From the NCBI GenBank assembly GCA_976226885.1, contig OZ320318.1, positions 78,306,001 through 78,370,000 on the forward strand: DNA of 64,000 nt. Direction: 5' to 3'. The notes under the pieces were generated by a model that did no database searches, was not told where the DNA came from, and saw only the letters and a list, made by a program, of their open reading frames with translations. Shown piece after piece: positions 33,160 through 44,220 of this stretch; the stretch's first letter is position 1; each line of letters starts with the position of its first letter. The position numbers and the translations under genes were made by a program. The stretch comes from Iphione sp. A-MEVVRFRX5. Lineage: Eukaryota.

Positions 33160-34865
33160 TTAATGAGCGTATATTTGGAAAGGTAAAAATGTCAAAGCCT
33201 ATAGTCGTGAAGATGGATGGGGTAATAGTGGAGGAGAGTAAAGTACCAGGTGTGTTGAATGATTACTTTGTTGATAGTGTGAGAATGTTAAAAGCAAGAA
33301 CGGCTCCTCAAATGGTTGATAGTGAATCAAATGGAGTGTACATGGATGTTTTCATGGAAGTGCAATATGAAGAGGTGATAAAAGTAATTAACTCTCTCAA
33401 GCTGTCTAAGCCTTCTGGTATAACTGACATTTCGATGAAGTTTGTTAAAGATGCATTAAAGATTACTTTACATTATTTCACTGAACTGCTGAATAAATCT
33501 CTCAGAGTTGGGATGATACCAGAAAGATGGAAACTTGCAACTGTGATCCCTTTATATAAAAAGGGAAGTATTTATGCAGCTTCAAACTACCGTCCAGTGT
33601 CCCTCCTGCCAGCGCCAAGCAAAGTGTTGGAAAAAATAGTTTTTAAACAAGTTAATGGCTATATGGAGAATAATGAACTGTTTAATACCATGCAATTTGG
33701 ATTCCGGGCTGGCAGGGGGACCACGATGGCAGGTGGTTATTTGTTGAAAGAAGTGTTCCAGTGTCTAAATGAAGGAAAGTATGTGTCAACTTGTTTCCTT
33801 GATATGTCCAAGGCGTTTGACCTCATTGATCATGAACTGTTACTAGGAAAGCTTATTAATTATGGTTTTCGTGACCCAGTCTTATGTTGGTTTAGGAATT
33901 ATTTGTATGGAAGACAACAAAGGGTTAGATGTAATGGAAATTATTCAGACTACGTAAAAGTTGCAACAGGAGTTCCGCAAGGATCGATACTGGGTCCCTG
34001 GCTGTTTATATTGCAAATTAATGACATTTTTAAAACTGCTTTTCCCTCTAAGATTATTGCGTACGCTGACGATGTAACAGTTCTGTCATGGGGGTCAAAC
34101 GCCTTGGGCTTAAGGTTGAAAATGCAACATACAGTAAATTGCATTGGAGATTGGTGCCAGAGAAATGGTTTGATTATAAATACGGAAAAGTCGAAAGTGA
34201 TGTGTTATGGCAAAGCAAAGAACTTTAATTTAGACATTAATCTACAAGGAAGAACACTGGAACATGTACACTTGTTTAAATTTTTAGGTTTCCATCTTGA
34301 TAGCAGATTACTCTTTAAGAGTATGGTGGACTACAAAATATCTAAAATAAGGAGAGTAAGTTATCTGTTGTATAGAAGTAAGCATTTGTTGAGCAGAAAG
34401 ATGTTGGTGAATCTCTTTCAAGTATATGTCCTTCCGCATATGGATTATGGAATTTCTTTTCTATGTTCTATGGGAAGGAAGGACATAGAAAGAATAGAAT
34501 CTGCTTGGATGAAATCATTACGTTTGTTATTTTTCTATCGATGGACAAGCAGAGATATTGTGTCCAATTTCGTAGTAGATGAAGGTATGAGAAATATTGA
34601 TGAGCGCATATGTCATGCAACTCTTATGTTGTTAACAGATATGTTATCTGTAGGGTTGTGGGAGATGAAGAGAAGTTCCAGAACAAGACATGGTAGGGGA
34701 CCACAGTTGTATGTTCTACAACCGAAATTGCATACTGTTTGCAATAGTTTTATTTATAAAGGTCCCAAGAGATGGAATGAACTGCCAAATGAAGTAGTAA
34801 GCCAAACATTTATGTATATCAAAAACTACTTAAGAAGAAGCAGGTTGACTATGACCGCCGATTGA
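33111..34865 (+). CDS. LINE ORF2 C-terminal part: reverse transcriptase, out of frame with the endonuclease (ORF2 probably disrupted)
   Basis: WKLATVIPLYKKG, NYRPVSLL, QFGFRAG, FLDMSKAFDLIDH, GVPQGSILGP, YADD, FKFLGFHLD and WNELP motifs. The true homologous start is about 33160; the ORF-track ATG is not a likely start. Confidence 0.92.
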   Translation: MGEQCCWCVRYFSSLVINERIFGKVKMSKPIVVKMDGVIVEESKVPGVLNDYFVDSVRMLKARTAPQMVDSESNGVYMDVFMEVQYEEVIKVINSLKLSKPSGITDISMKFVKDALKITLHYFTELLNKSLRVGMIPERWKLATVIPLYKKGSIYAASNYRPVSLLPAPSKVLEKIVFKQVNGYMENNELFNTMQFGFRAGRGTTMAGGYLLKEVFQCLNEGKYVSTCFLDMSKAFDLIDHELLLGKLINYGFRDPVLCWFRNYLYGRQQRVRCNGNYSDYVKVATGVPQGSILGPWLFILQINDIFKTAFPSKIIAYADDVTVLSWGSNALGLRLKMQHTVNCIGDWCQRNGLIINTEKSKVMCYGKAKNFNLDINLQGRTLEHVHLFKFLGFHLDSRLLFKSMVDYKISKIRRVSYLLYRSKHLLSRKMLVNLFQVYVLPHMDYGISFLCSMGRKDIERIESAWMKSLRLLFFYRWTSRDIVSNFVVDEGMRNIDERICHATLMLLTDMLSVGLWEMKRSSRTRHGRGPQLYVLQPKLHTVCNSFIYKGPKRWNELPNEVVSQTFMYIKNYLRRSRLTMTAD

Positions 34866-34931
34866 TGTGATGTATTGGACTTGGAATGAGTGTGTAGTGT
34901 AATACACCTGTGAAGGTGGGTCTATGTGCTC

Positions 34932-34962
34932 AATAAAAACATTTTTGAATTTTGAATTTGAA
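34932..34962 (+). terminator. LINE 3' end: AATAAA (34932-34937) and short TTTTGAA/TTTGAA tandem tail
   Basis: CAATAAAAACATTTTTGAATTTTGAATTTGAA, 66 nt after the RT stop. Short tandem-repeat tails are typical of CR1/L2-group elements. Confidence 0.8.
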
Positions 34963-37900
34963 CTAACATGCCCAAAGGTCCGACGATAGTCAATAAATAA
35001 CATGTCCAAACTTCTAATTCTTTCCATCGCTCCTTGTAACGTTAACATTGAATTGTTTTAATTGGCCATCTGAATAGTAGCTTCATTTAGCTCATTGACT
35101 TGATAAGTACTCGGTCCACTAGACTACTACAAACCGTCTGTGACTGAGATTTTTCTCCCTGAAGACCGGACTATCAAGGCGGTACTCTACAGAAGGAATA
35201 TCCTGGGCTAATGCCTTGCCTGCGGTCTCCCCGGCTTTAGGTAGCCATGCTCTTACATATATATATATGCATACCTATATGCGTGTACCTGTTTATTGCC
35301 ATGTTTTTATATTTTTGTGTAGGTGCCCGGCTGACTATCCAGGTTCGTTATGAGGTATCTCTGAGGAGAGCTGACCATCAAGAATACTACATTCGAAATC
35401 TACCATTCCATGTCTGCCTCTTCGCGTCGGGCTGATACGGACATCGATCACGTGATCTTTTGATATGACCTATATTTCAGATAAGATGAGGAGAGAACAA
35501 GACCACTGGTTCCCAGGTCAATTCACGAAATAAAATGTAAAAAAAATGAATCAAACATTTCGTCAGCATGTAACTAGTTCAACTGACAATGCACATCATC
35601 GGAGAGGAAAATTACTTTTCTTTACAAAACTCTGAGTATATGAAACAGTTTCATTAAATCTTAACCCTACAAGGAAGTATATTGGACTATGAAGTACCTC
35701 ATACAGTCAAAAAGAATGTGCTCAACTTACGATCTACTTGTAGTCAAACATCAATTCATCAAACATGTAAAATATTGTACATACTGTAAATATTTTGTAC
35801 ATAGGATAGTCCTTAAGTATGTATATAGAATGTTTGTCATGGAAATTATTGTAGTAGCATACGCTGGCACCAGTAGGATTGCCAGGATAAATAAAAGTTA
35901 AAAAAAAGTAGTTTGAATGAGTATGCACATGAGATGGCCACAAAACTATTACATTTTACAGAAATATGACAACATGAAATAATCTGATTCCATCTCCGTA
36001 TCGAAGGACAATAAAATGATTCATTTTAGCAGTAATTGAGGGCATGTTAAAGTCGCTTGATCTGGAGTTACCGACAGTTTTCATCGCAGGTAGTTACTTC
36101 TCCTTTCCTCATTCGACCGATGGAATATTTGCTTTGATCTTCACTACTGACCAAAGAACCCTTTCTTTCCAGTCTTTAGTCAACGTTAATACATGTAATG
36201 CGTTTCACATAATGAATCGAGAAGAAAGCTTTTGCTGTTTATCGGACTACGATAATTTACAAATAAAGACATTTCTCTACCAAATATTAGTCTTTCCAGA
36301 TTCAAAGTTATTTTTCTTTATAACATTTCAAAATTTATACTTTTACATTATATAATATGTTTCTTTTGAAGTACATATCAATGTGCCAATATCTAAAGCC
36401 AAATGAGCTTCTTAGCGTGGTAAATTATTACACATGCTTCGAAACAAAGTATATTTTTTTCATCTCAAATAAACACAGTGTTTGCAGTTTAATACATGCA
36501 AAAGGCAGAATGAGAATTATGAAATAAATCGTGGTGGTATCATTCAATAAACCCTCACAAGTCTCAGATCAACAGACTCGGCACGCTGTTCCTGTAAACA
36601 CGCCCATTAACTGAAATTAAACCGTCAGAAAAGAGAAATTGGTGAGTAATAAAACCAAATTTATGGCATTTCATCAGAGACCAGTTCATAATCATGCATG
36701 AAGGTAGGTATCAGGGTACGAATAGATTATTCACCATTTTGTCCAACGTTGCGATTAGTTTTTTGGTCGATTTATGTTTAATTCTTTCTTTAGGCGAGGG
36801 AGTCCTAAACTGCTCACGAAATCCCCGGGTTTGTTACCGCCTCGTTCTGACACATTCTGAGGACCAGTCGCCAGTGACTTTGAATTTATGCATGTGGTAA
36901 TATCTTATGCTGAGCCCTCACTGCAGCCACACAATTTCCCGGTATCGATTGCTCTATCGGGAAAGCTTTTTTACTGAAGAGGGGCATGAGATACAAGTAT
37001 ATGAGCAGTGTCTCTCGCCTTTTGCCAAACTAGCCTTATTAGCCAAACTAGGCTATAAATCTTGTAGTGCGAGTTGGCCAGTAAAGTTTTCCTTTAAATG
37101 ATGGTCTTTTAGAACATTTTGATACACGATGGCCAAATAAACAGAGTAGGAAGTTGGTGACAAAAAAAAACATGTTTATCATTAAGGTTTGCCAAAATTC
37201 ATCCATGGGCCGAAGAAAGTTTCATATTTTACTTATTAGGCAGGAATTGCTCTGCCCCGGCTAGCGGTTACTGATCAGTAGGGTATAATTGAGTGGGGGG
37301 GAGGGGACGTTGGCGGTTTGCACAGACTTGTGGGACCAAGACCACACCGGGCACTGGCAGGTACGACAATGTTCACGAAACCACTGGATGATATCAATCA
37401 GACGGACCGGTTACCTTGTGGACGACTGAGGGGTATTGTCACATCGTGCTGGAGATAATTCTAAATATAATGTGAATTTTAATGAAATGTGTATCCAGAA
37501 TAACAAGAATTGGAAAGATTAAAGGTTAGCAGAATTAAAAATATAAAAACGAGATATGACCATAAAGACTTCTGTATGCAGGTTGCAGACAGGAGTTCTT
37601 GTTGTCGTGCATTCTGCCAGTTCAGAAGCATATTTAATCTGGCTTGTAACAGGCATTTTTGCAGTACATTTTTATGTGACAATTCCTCATGCTTTCGATG
37701 TTCATGTTAAGACCTCCATGCCTAGTGCTTAGGCAATAGGGGGCGGGGTAGGGAGTCGGGTGTTGTAGGAATAGGAGAGATGCAGAGAATGAAGCTACTT
37801 TTTCCATACCAGTATTTGAAGACATTTTCCCCTCTACCTCCTTAAGGGTTCCTATACAGAGCACAAGAGAAGACAGTTGAAAGGTACACATCAATTAATC

Positions 37901-38308
37901 ATACAGTCCAGCAATATCAACACCACTGAGTACATCACTGCAAGTACGGAGACTTCAAAGCTTTATAAATGTCAACAACAGCTTACAAAATTTGACAGTT
38001 GAAAAATACAGCATTACCGTGGTCATGCAAACCTATTGAATGCTACTCAAAGGTTCATCACCTTCATTGAGAACATGTATTATACGGAGCTAGCATCCAT
38101 TTAATGATGGGATTGTACAACCTATATTTCAAGTTTTAGATACGTCAATATTATGCAATAATACACGTAGCAAAGATGGATATCATTTCAAGAATATTCT
38201 ACTTAGTTTTGACCAATTAAGGCAAACACGTTCGAACAATCAAAACTACTACAGCACGCGAACAATATAATACCATCAGATTGAGTTCATAAATTGCTTT
38301 TCTTGGCT

Positions 38309-38749
38309 AACATGAATAAAGAATCAAGGTAACACAAGAAAGACTTTTGGACAAAATGATCTGTTAATCAAAATAGTGATGCTTACAAACGTTCAAAATA
38401 AAATAATTAGGGATCTGCGATGGTTCTATCGATGTAATGAAAGCTCATTTCGAAAAAAGGTTGCTCTTTATGCTGGTCTTACGTTGTATATGAACAATTT
38501 CAGCAGTAGCATGTGTTCACGAATACTGAATGAGAAGGAACAGATGATATCACGATGACAAGTGGAAAAAAAGAACGAAAGTGCTGAAAGTGACCCCCAT
38601 GAAGGTCAGTGATGAAGGTTAGTACTTAAGGTCATGAAAGTCAGAGATGAAGGTCAGTGATGACCTTCAGGACATATACCAACCCGATGGCTTCTAAGTG
38701 AGAAGCATTGCCAGAAAGCAAACATGAATAAAGAATCAAGGTAACACAA
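38309..38749 (+). repeat. Exact 29-bp direct repeat pair, 412 bp apart
   Basis: AACATGAATAAAGAATCAAGGTAACACAA at 38309-38337 and 38721-38749. Confidence 0.9.
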
Positions 38750-39203
38750 TGAATACCAGATCACAGAATATGTTAGCACGTGATGGCTAACACCACCACC
38801 ATCACATCAGTGACGTGCTCCGGCTCCTGCTATGGTAGAGCGCGGTAGATATGGTAGGTTGGTGAATTGGCTGGTTGGTGAATTGGTCGGTTGGTTCGTT
38901 CGTTCGTTGGTTGGAAGATGGGAGGGCACCAAACGTTGAGTAGTGACATTATCGACGAGGTGCTGATGTGGTCGGTTGTGGATGCATATTCATAATTCAG
39001 TGTGGCTCAGCCCGGCCCAGGAGGACGTGGAGAGTGGGGTGGGGGAGAGTGGGGGTGGGTGGTGGGACAGGGATAAGTCATCATCAGTTATCGATGGTGG
39101 GGTGGGCTCAGGGACTAGATGGACGGGGACATGAACACGAGGGGAAGACATGGCAGAGGAGCCGTCAGGGTCTACACAGAGGGAAACCAAACCTCAGGAG
39201 AGA

Positions 39204-39455
39204 GGACTCCATGGTAAAACGATGCACTCCTAGGTGGTCCTCACTGCGGACCACATTGTAAAAGAATATACTTCCAGGTGGCTTTCACTTGGGGACTATT
39301 TGGTAAAAGGATGTATTCTTAGGAAGCCTGACCAGGGAATGTATATTGAAAGGATGCAAATCTCGGGGTCTTACCGGAGAAACTATGGTAACAGGATACA
39401 TTCACATGAAGTTATCATGTCTTCACACATCCAGACGTATCTGCGTCTGTACTAA
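39204..39455 (+). pseudogene. Possible fossil fragment of an R4/Dong-like non-LTR ORF (post-RT region)
   Basis: GLHGK..*..HIVKEYTSRWLSLGD...DQ resembles the LHG...DK..S..WL..G.L......QDQ pattern. One in-frame stop, no clear CCHC. Weak. Confidence 0.25.
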
Positions 39456-40575
39456 GTGAGGGTATTAAGCACGTCAAATGGATATATTCTGAATATCTCA
39501 TGAGACAGTATTCATGAAAATTTGGGATTATTTTAACTATTGTCTGTCCCTCGAAATACTCTGGGTTACTTAGAAAAAAAATTTTAATTTCGATTTCTTA
39601 AATTCTCGATTTGAACAGATGTGAAACAAGAAAAACAGGAACAAGTAGAAAAATGCAAGAAATGCAATTCGGCAACATTAAAGAGACCCAAGGCTAAGAT
39701 AACTGTGTTCTCATAATCATATTTTGATTTAGATCCATTTGAAATGGGAAAAGGCTTTCATCCTGTAAGTTGCTTCTACATTTTCGGAAAGTCGTAGTGG
39801 ACATAATTGTCAGGTCATGTTTAATGTACTCTCCGTACATGCATATCTCCCTGGCATCCATAAAAATATTAATCATGGGAAAACTAATAATATGCCATGG
39901 CTTGCTATGTTTTAAGCTACTTGTAGTTCTATGTTTGGAACAGCCTCCAGTTCTGATGTTCTAAGATGTGAGTAGCTCATGTTGGTTATGTGTGTGCTAA
40001 ATGATGATGAGTAATTTAAACCACGTTTGCTTATTTTTGCTACTAGAAATTCCATCAGCTCAGATATTCACCACTCCCCTGTATAGAATGAACAATCTCT
40101 AAAGAATTGTATGGGCTTCCTTTGTAAGACTGACAGCAAGAGATTTATGGACAGAGATAGTGGTTTACATCTGGGATGCCACAATCTCCAAGTTTATCTA
40201 TAGTATGTTTCAGTACAATATGGAGTGATATAGTTATGAGATGTCGAAATCTCTCCCATTTTGTATCATTTAACATTTACACCTGACACCCCGAGTGATA
40301 TTTCCTAGTTCGTTCTTCGTAACATGTATTATTGTTGTGCACACTGTTTATCTCCCGCACGTTTAAATTAGCAGTAAACAGAGAATAAACAACTTTTTTC
40401 GTTACCCCTCTATCAAAGAACGGGAGATATTCAACAACAGATGTGAATACCTGGTAAGTTATTATTAGCACGGTGAGGGTGGAGGACTGAAATCGGGCCT
40501 TTGGGTGGAAGAAGAGCGACTGGAAAACCAAATAAAAAGTGCACATGTTTAGTGGCCGTAAGCCAGCGGTAAACA

Positions 40576-40589
40576 TCGCCCTCTGGCGG
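40576..40589 (-). promoter_or_regulatory. CTCF-like motif CCGCCAGAGGGCGA
   Basis: 13/14 match to the degenerate CTCF core; motif evidence only. Confidence 0.3.
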
Positions 40590-41604
40590 GCAAGAGGGCT
40601 GTTTGGGAGAACCGATGAAGGAGATACGACCACTGTCTGAGGGCCGGGGTCGACGATGAGGTGCGTATGTGTCTATGTGTGTGCGTGTGTGTGTATGTGT
40701 TGGAAGGGCCAGGGCAGATGGATGGTGTCTATAGTTGGCCGGCGTACCACCGTAGACGTCTGGAGAGGGAGCAACTTGGTAATGACTCAGGGTCACCAAG
40801 AGGGGGAGCCTCATCATCATCATCGTGAGAACGAGGCTCATACTTGACAACCCTACATACAAAAAGAACTACATGAACGTTGATTGTCTCGTAAACAGCT
40901 TATGTGTTAACTCCATACTCATTTCTGCTCTTTTCGTTTTTCTCTCCTTTCAATTCTCCTTTCTTTGTGTGTCTCACGCGACCATTTCCATCGCCCACTG
41001 TAATTGACTGATCACAAAAGTGTTGATATAACAGGTTCTGTAGATGGGGTTTTCTGCCATTTGTGATGTCATAATAGAGCAGCAGCATGAAAGCAAAATG
41101 GTAGACAACTCCCTACATTGAAAACTTTGAACATCTGCCTCTCAATGAAACCTGCATGGATTCTCTGAACATTTAACACACTTACAGGTAAATATGTGAG
41201 GCATATTCTATAAACATTTGGTGATCCTTGCTGGATTCCAGTGGGCAGGAGCACTAAAAATATAATGTGGACATAGTTGACAGAAAAGTGACCCTTGTAC
41301 GTCATTAAAAAGCACACACGTCATTTTCATTGGTGTGCTGCCACCTGTCGATTTGTAATGAATTTCGTCGATGGGTCGATTCTGTTCCTCCTCCCTAGGT
41401 CAATATCTTTCATATGTTGCCTGCTGTAATAACTAACACTGGTCGTGGTACTTTTGGTTGTATTCCTCTGTCTCCCTGCTTGGCTCTGTTCCTTTGATCT
41501 CCCATTCTCTTTTTCTCTGGCAATCACTCTTTCTACTTCCCTCTTTCCCCTCTTTCCATCCCTCCACCTCTTCCCTCCCTTTTCTCCCTCCGTCTGTCTG
41601 TCTG

Positions 41605-41608
<4 letters not shown>

Positions 41609-41646
<38 letters not shown>
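41609..41646 (+). repeat. (CT)n microsatellite in a pyrimidine-rich tract
   Basis: Read directly. Confidence 0.95.
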
Positions 41647-41649
<3 letters not shown>

Positions 41650-42839
41650 CTCTCTCTATCTTGCTATCTACCTGCCTTCCTGTTTCTATATCTCTCTCTT
41701 TCACTCTGCCATAAAACTTACCCCTCTTTGACCTAACATCTGTTCAGATTCTGTCTTTAAGTCAACTACACTGCCCCTATGACGAATTTGTGTGATATGC
41801 AACCGCCCCAGATATGTAAAAAAAAAACAAGAAATAGGCACCATATCCGGAGGGAAATCCGCCAGCGAAATCCCTATGCGTGATCCTAAATATCCTATTA
41901 GTCTTCACGAGACACACGTGTACGTCATTTCACAGAAGGCGCCACCACCCTCCCTGCCGGCTTTCCTCGTCTTGGAACAAGTTTGGTCTATATCTCAAGA
42001 TCTTAGAAATGCTTTTGTGATGCAAATGTAATCTTCCCGCAAAAATCAAAAGATGAGAATTTCTTGTCTTGTTTCACCGAGAGTAACAATCAGATACCCT
42101 GAGGGGAAAGACTGCTATAGAATTGGCAATGTATACTAAGCGAGGGAAAGTCCAGCCAGCATTACTTGGCTATTGATCTTTCAACGGACTGGGATCTTTT
42201 TTACTTTTTTTCTTCTATTTAGTGGAATACAGCTATAATAATCGTCTTATAGATCAAACAAAACGTAAGGAAATGGGTGGATCTCTTAGGAAATTAGATT
42301 CTCTCCCAATGACATATCCTATTCACTACAAAGTTTCTAGTCTATAGATTAATCTTTACTAAAGATTTTCTCCTCAAAGTCACTACAAATCAAGTTTTTA
42401 ATCTTTAAATTCATTACAACACAAGATGGTTATCCTTAAATTCATCGCAGCTCATCGTTGTCTCCACTGTTTACTGCAAATCAAGTTTTTTTTATTCCTC
42501 CAGCCGGAACTGACCCCACAACATGAACTTCCTAAAACTGAAACATGGAGGTCAGAATATTTGGCTGTCAATTACCAGGGGTCTCTACGGTCGATCATAA
42601 TCTTTGTATTGGTGTAGTTTGAAATATAGTTTTGCTATTTTTATAGTTTATGTATTTTGAGTAGAATTTTCCCGGCCTCCCCTAGTTGGTCCTATCACCA
42701 CCTCTACCGCCCTTCCACACCAATGATACCCTACGACACCGACAGCCTGCCTCCTCTCGACTATTACAACGGGTAGTTCCAGAAAAGTAACCGGTGATGT
42801 TTTTCTCCAGCACCTGGTGGCGTTTAGCCGATGGCCCCC

Positions 42840-42890
42840 GCCTAATGGCGCTGTTTACACGTGACGTGTATTCAAGATGGCGGCAGAGCA
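42840..42890 (+). promoter_or_regulatory. Promoter-like E-box + YY1 pair
   Basis: CACGTGAC (42858-42865) followed by CAAGATGGCGGC (42873-42884, YY1 consensus) in a CpG-rich patch. Confidence 0.4.
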
Positions 42891-44158
42891 GCTGACACAT
42901 ACGGGTACCTATTGAGGAACTCGGCAGGGCCTACAGTTGTATAAACAAGAGAGGTCCGCATTGTCGGCATTGCACCCGAGACATCAACCCCTGTTTTGTC
43001 TTATTTGCTCTTCATGCTATTATAACGTTTATATCAGTGATCAGGGACCATAGAGTTGGATTCAGAAATAGAATATGGCATTATGTGCTTCTAAAAGCAT
43101 GAATGAATTTACGTGTTGTCCATTTGAAGCGATACATAAACGAAGGGGGGGGGAGTAAGACAGTAAGGATCATAGTATTCTCCGCTCGACAGTGCAGCAT
43201 TTTTATAATTTTGTTTCATTCAACACTTATTCAAGCTGATGAAAGTAACATAACTTAACTACATATTCATGTTAGCAAGGCAGAACTGTAGGAGACAGGA
43301 GTTACGGTTCAGAAACACCTCGCTGATCGGTAATATCGATATTCAATTTTTAAAAAATCTAAATTCAAAATTCAAAACTCTATTTTTAATAAATTCTTAA
43401 TCTACGCATTTATCGGCAAAGCTTTTTTAAAAAATTGGTCCCTATTTCTCATTAAATAGTACTTTCCCATTAAATAGTGCTTTTGACAACTGTTGAATGG
43501 AGAAGATCATGCCAATATATCATTTTTACACAGGAGAGACCTATTCAAGCTTGTCATGCGGGTGATCTTGTTGATGTGAACCATGAAAAGGGAATCTCCT
43601 TGGATAAATATATAGATTACGCAATATATAGATAATACACAGTTTTGACCTAAACCCTTCTAAATACTTTATTTGTGATAAAATTCCTACAGTAGACGCC
43701 ACGATTACTGTGCCGTGTTTACGGACTAGAGGGAGCGAAAGCCTCCTACGACTATACATGTATGTATCTATATCCAACTGTAAAGTATATGTCAAATCTC
43801 CGCTAAAATGGGCCACTGACCCGGAAGTAATAGGTATCCTGGCCTGCAGGTGTCAGTACAGGTCTGAAGTCCACAGTTAAATTGATGGACTGGGTAGTAC
43901 AGGCTCCCTCTATGGATAATAATGACCCAATCAAACGTTACGGGGAAATCAATGTGGAAGTAGTTTTTCGTCCGACGTTTGGGGCTAAATACTACACATA
44001 GTTTATAAGTTACTCTCTATCATTTGCTGCTGATTACACTCACATAAAGGACGTATACATACACACGCCTGTACACGCTCATCTATGAACTCTCTCACTT
44101 TCCTTTTTATTCTCTTGCCAACTCTAACCACTCCTCACTTTGTCCAACGTATCTTTAC

Positions 44159-44166
<8 letters not shown>

Positions 44167-44218
<52 letters not shown>
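44167..44218 (+). repeat. (AG)n microsatellite
   Basis: Read directly. Confidence 0.95.

Positions 44219-44220
<2 letters not shown>

Larger units (their letters stand above)
28985..34963 (+). mobile_element. Near-full-length non-LTR retrotransposon (CR1/L2 group, e.g. L2/Crack/Daphne-like) with ORF1-NADAR, a separate SGNH esterase ORF and an EN-RT ORF2
   Basis: Co-oriented ORF1, esterase, APE endonuclease and RT motifs; CR1/L2-type C-terminus (NSFIYKGPKRWNELP); no RNase H or C-terminal CCHC; AATAAA plus TTTGAA-repeat tail. The 5' boundary rests on a candidate 8-bp TSD and is uncertain. Confidence 0.9.

Noticed and set aside
30029-34144. Antisense ORFs within the LINE (30029-30265, 30103-30477, 32277-32531, 32553-32891, 33950-34144)
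   Set aside because: Shadow frames of genuine sense-strand ORFs; no motifs.
40140-40200. MDRDSG resembling the Penelope GIY-YIG C-terminal MNRD.G motif
   Set aside because: The upstream EA..I motif and the rest of the domain are absent.
43361-43377. 17-nt reverse-complement match to the LINE tail (TTTTGAATTTTGAATTT)
   Set aside because: Low-complexity match only; adjacent sequence does not align to the LINE 3' UTR.
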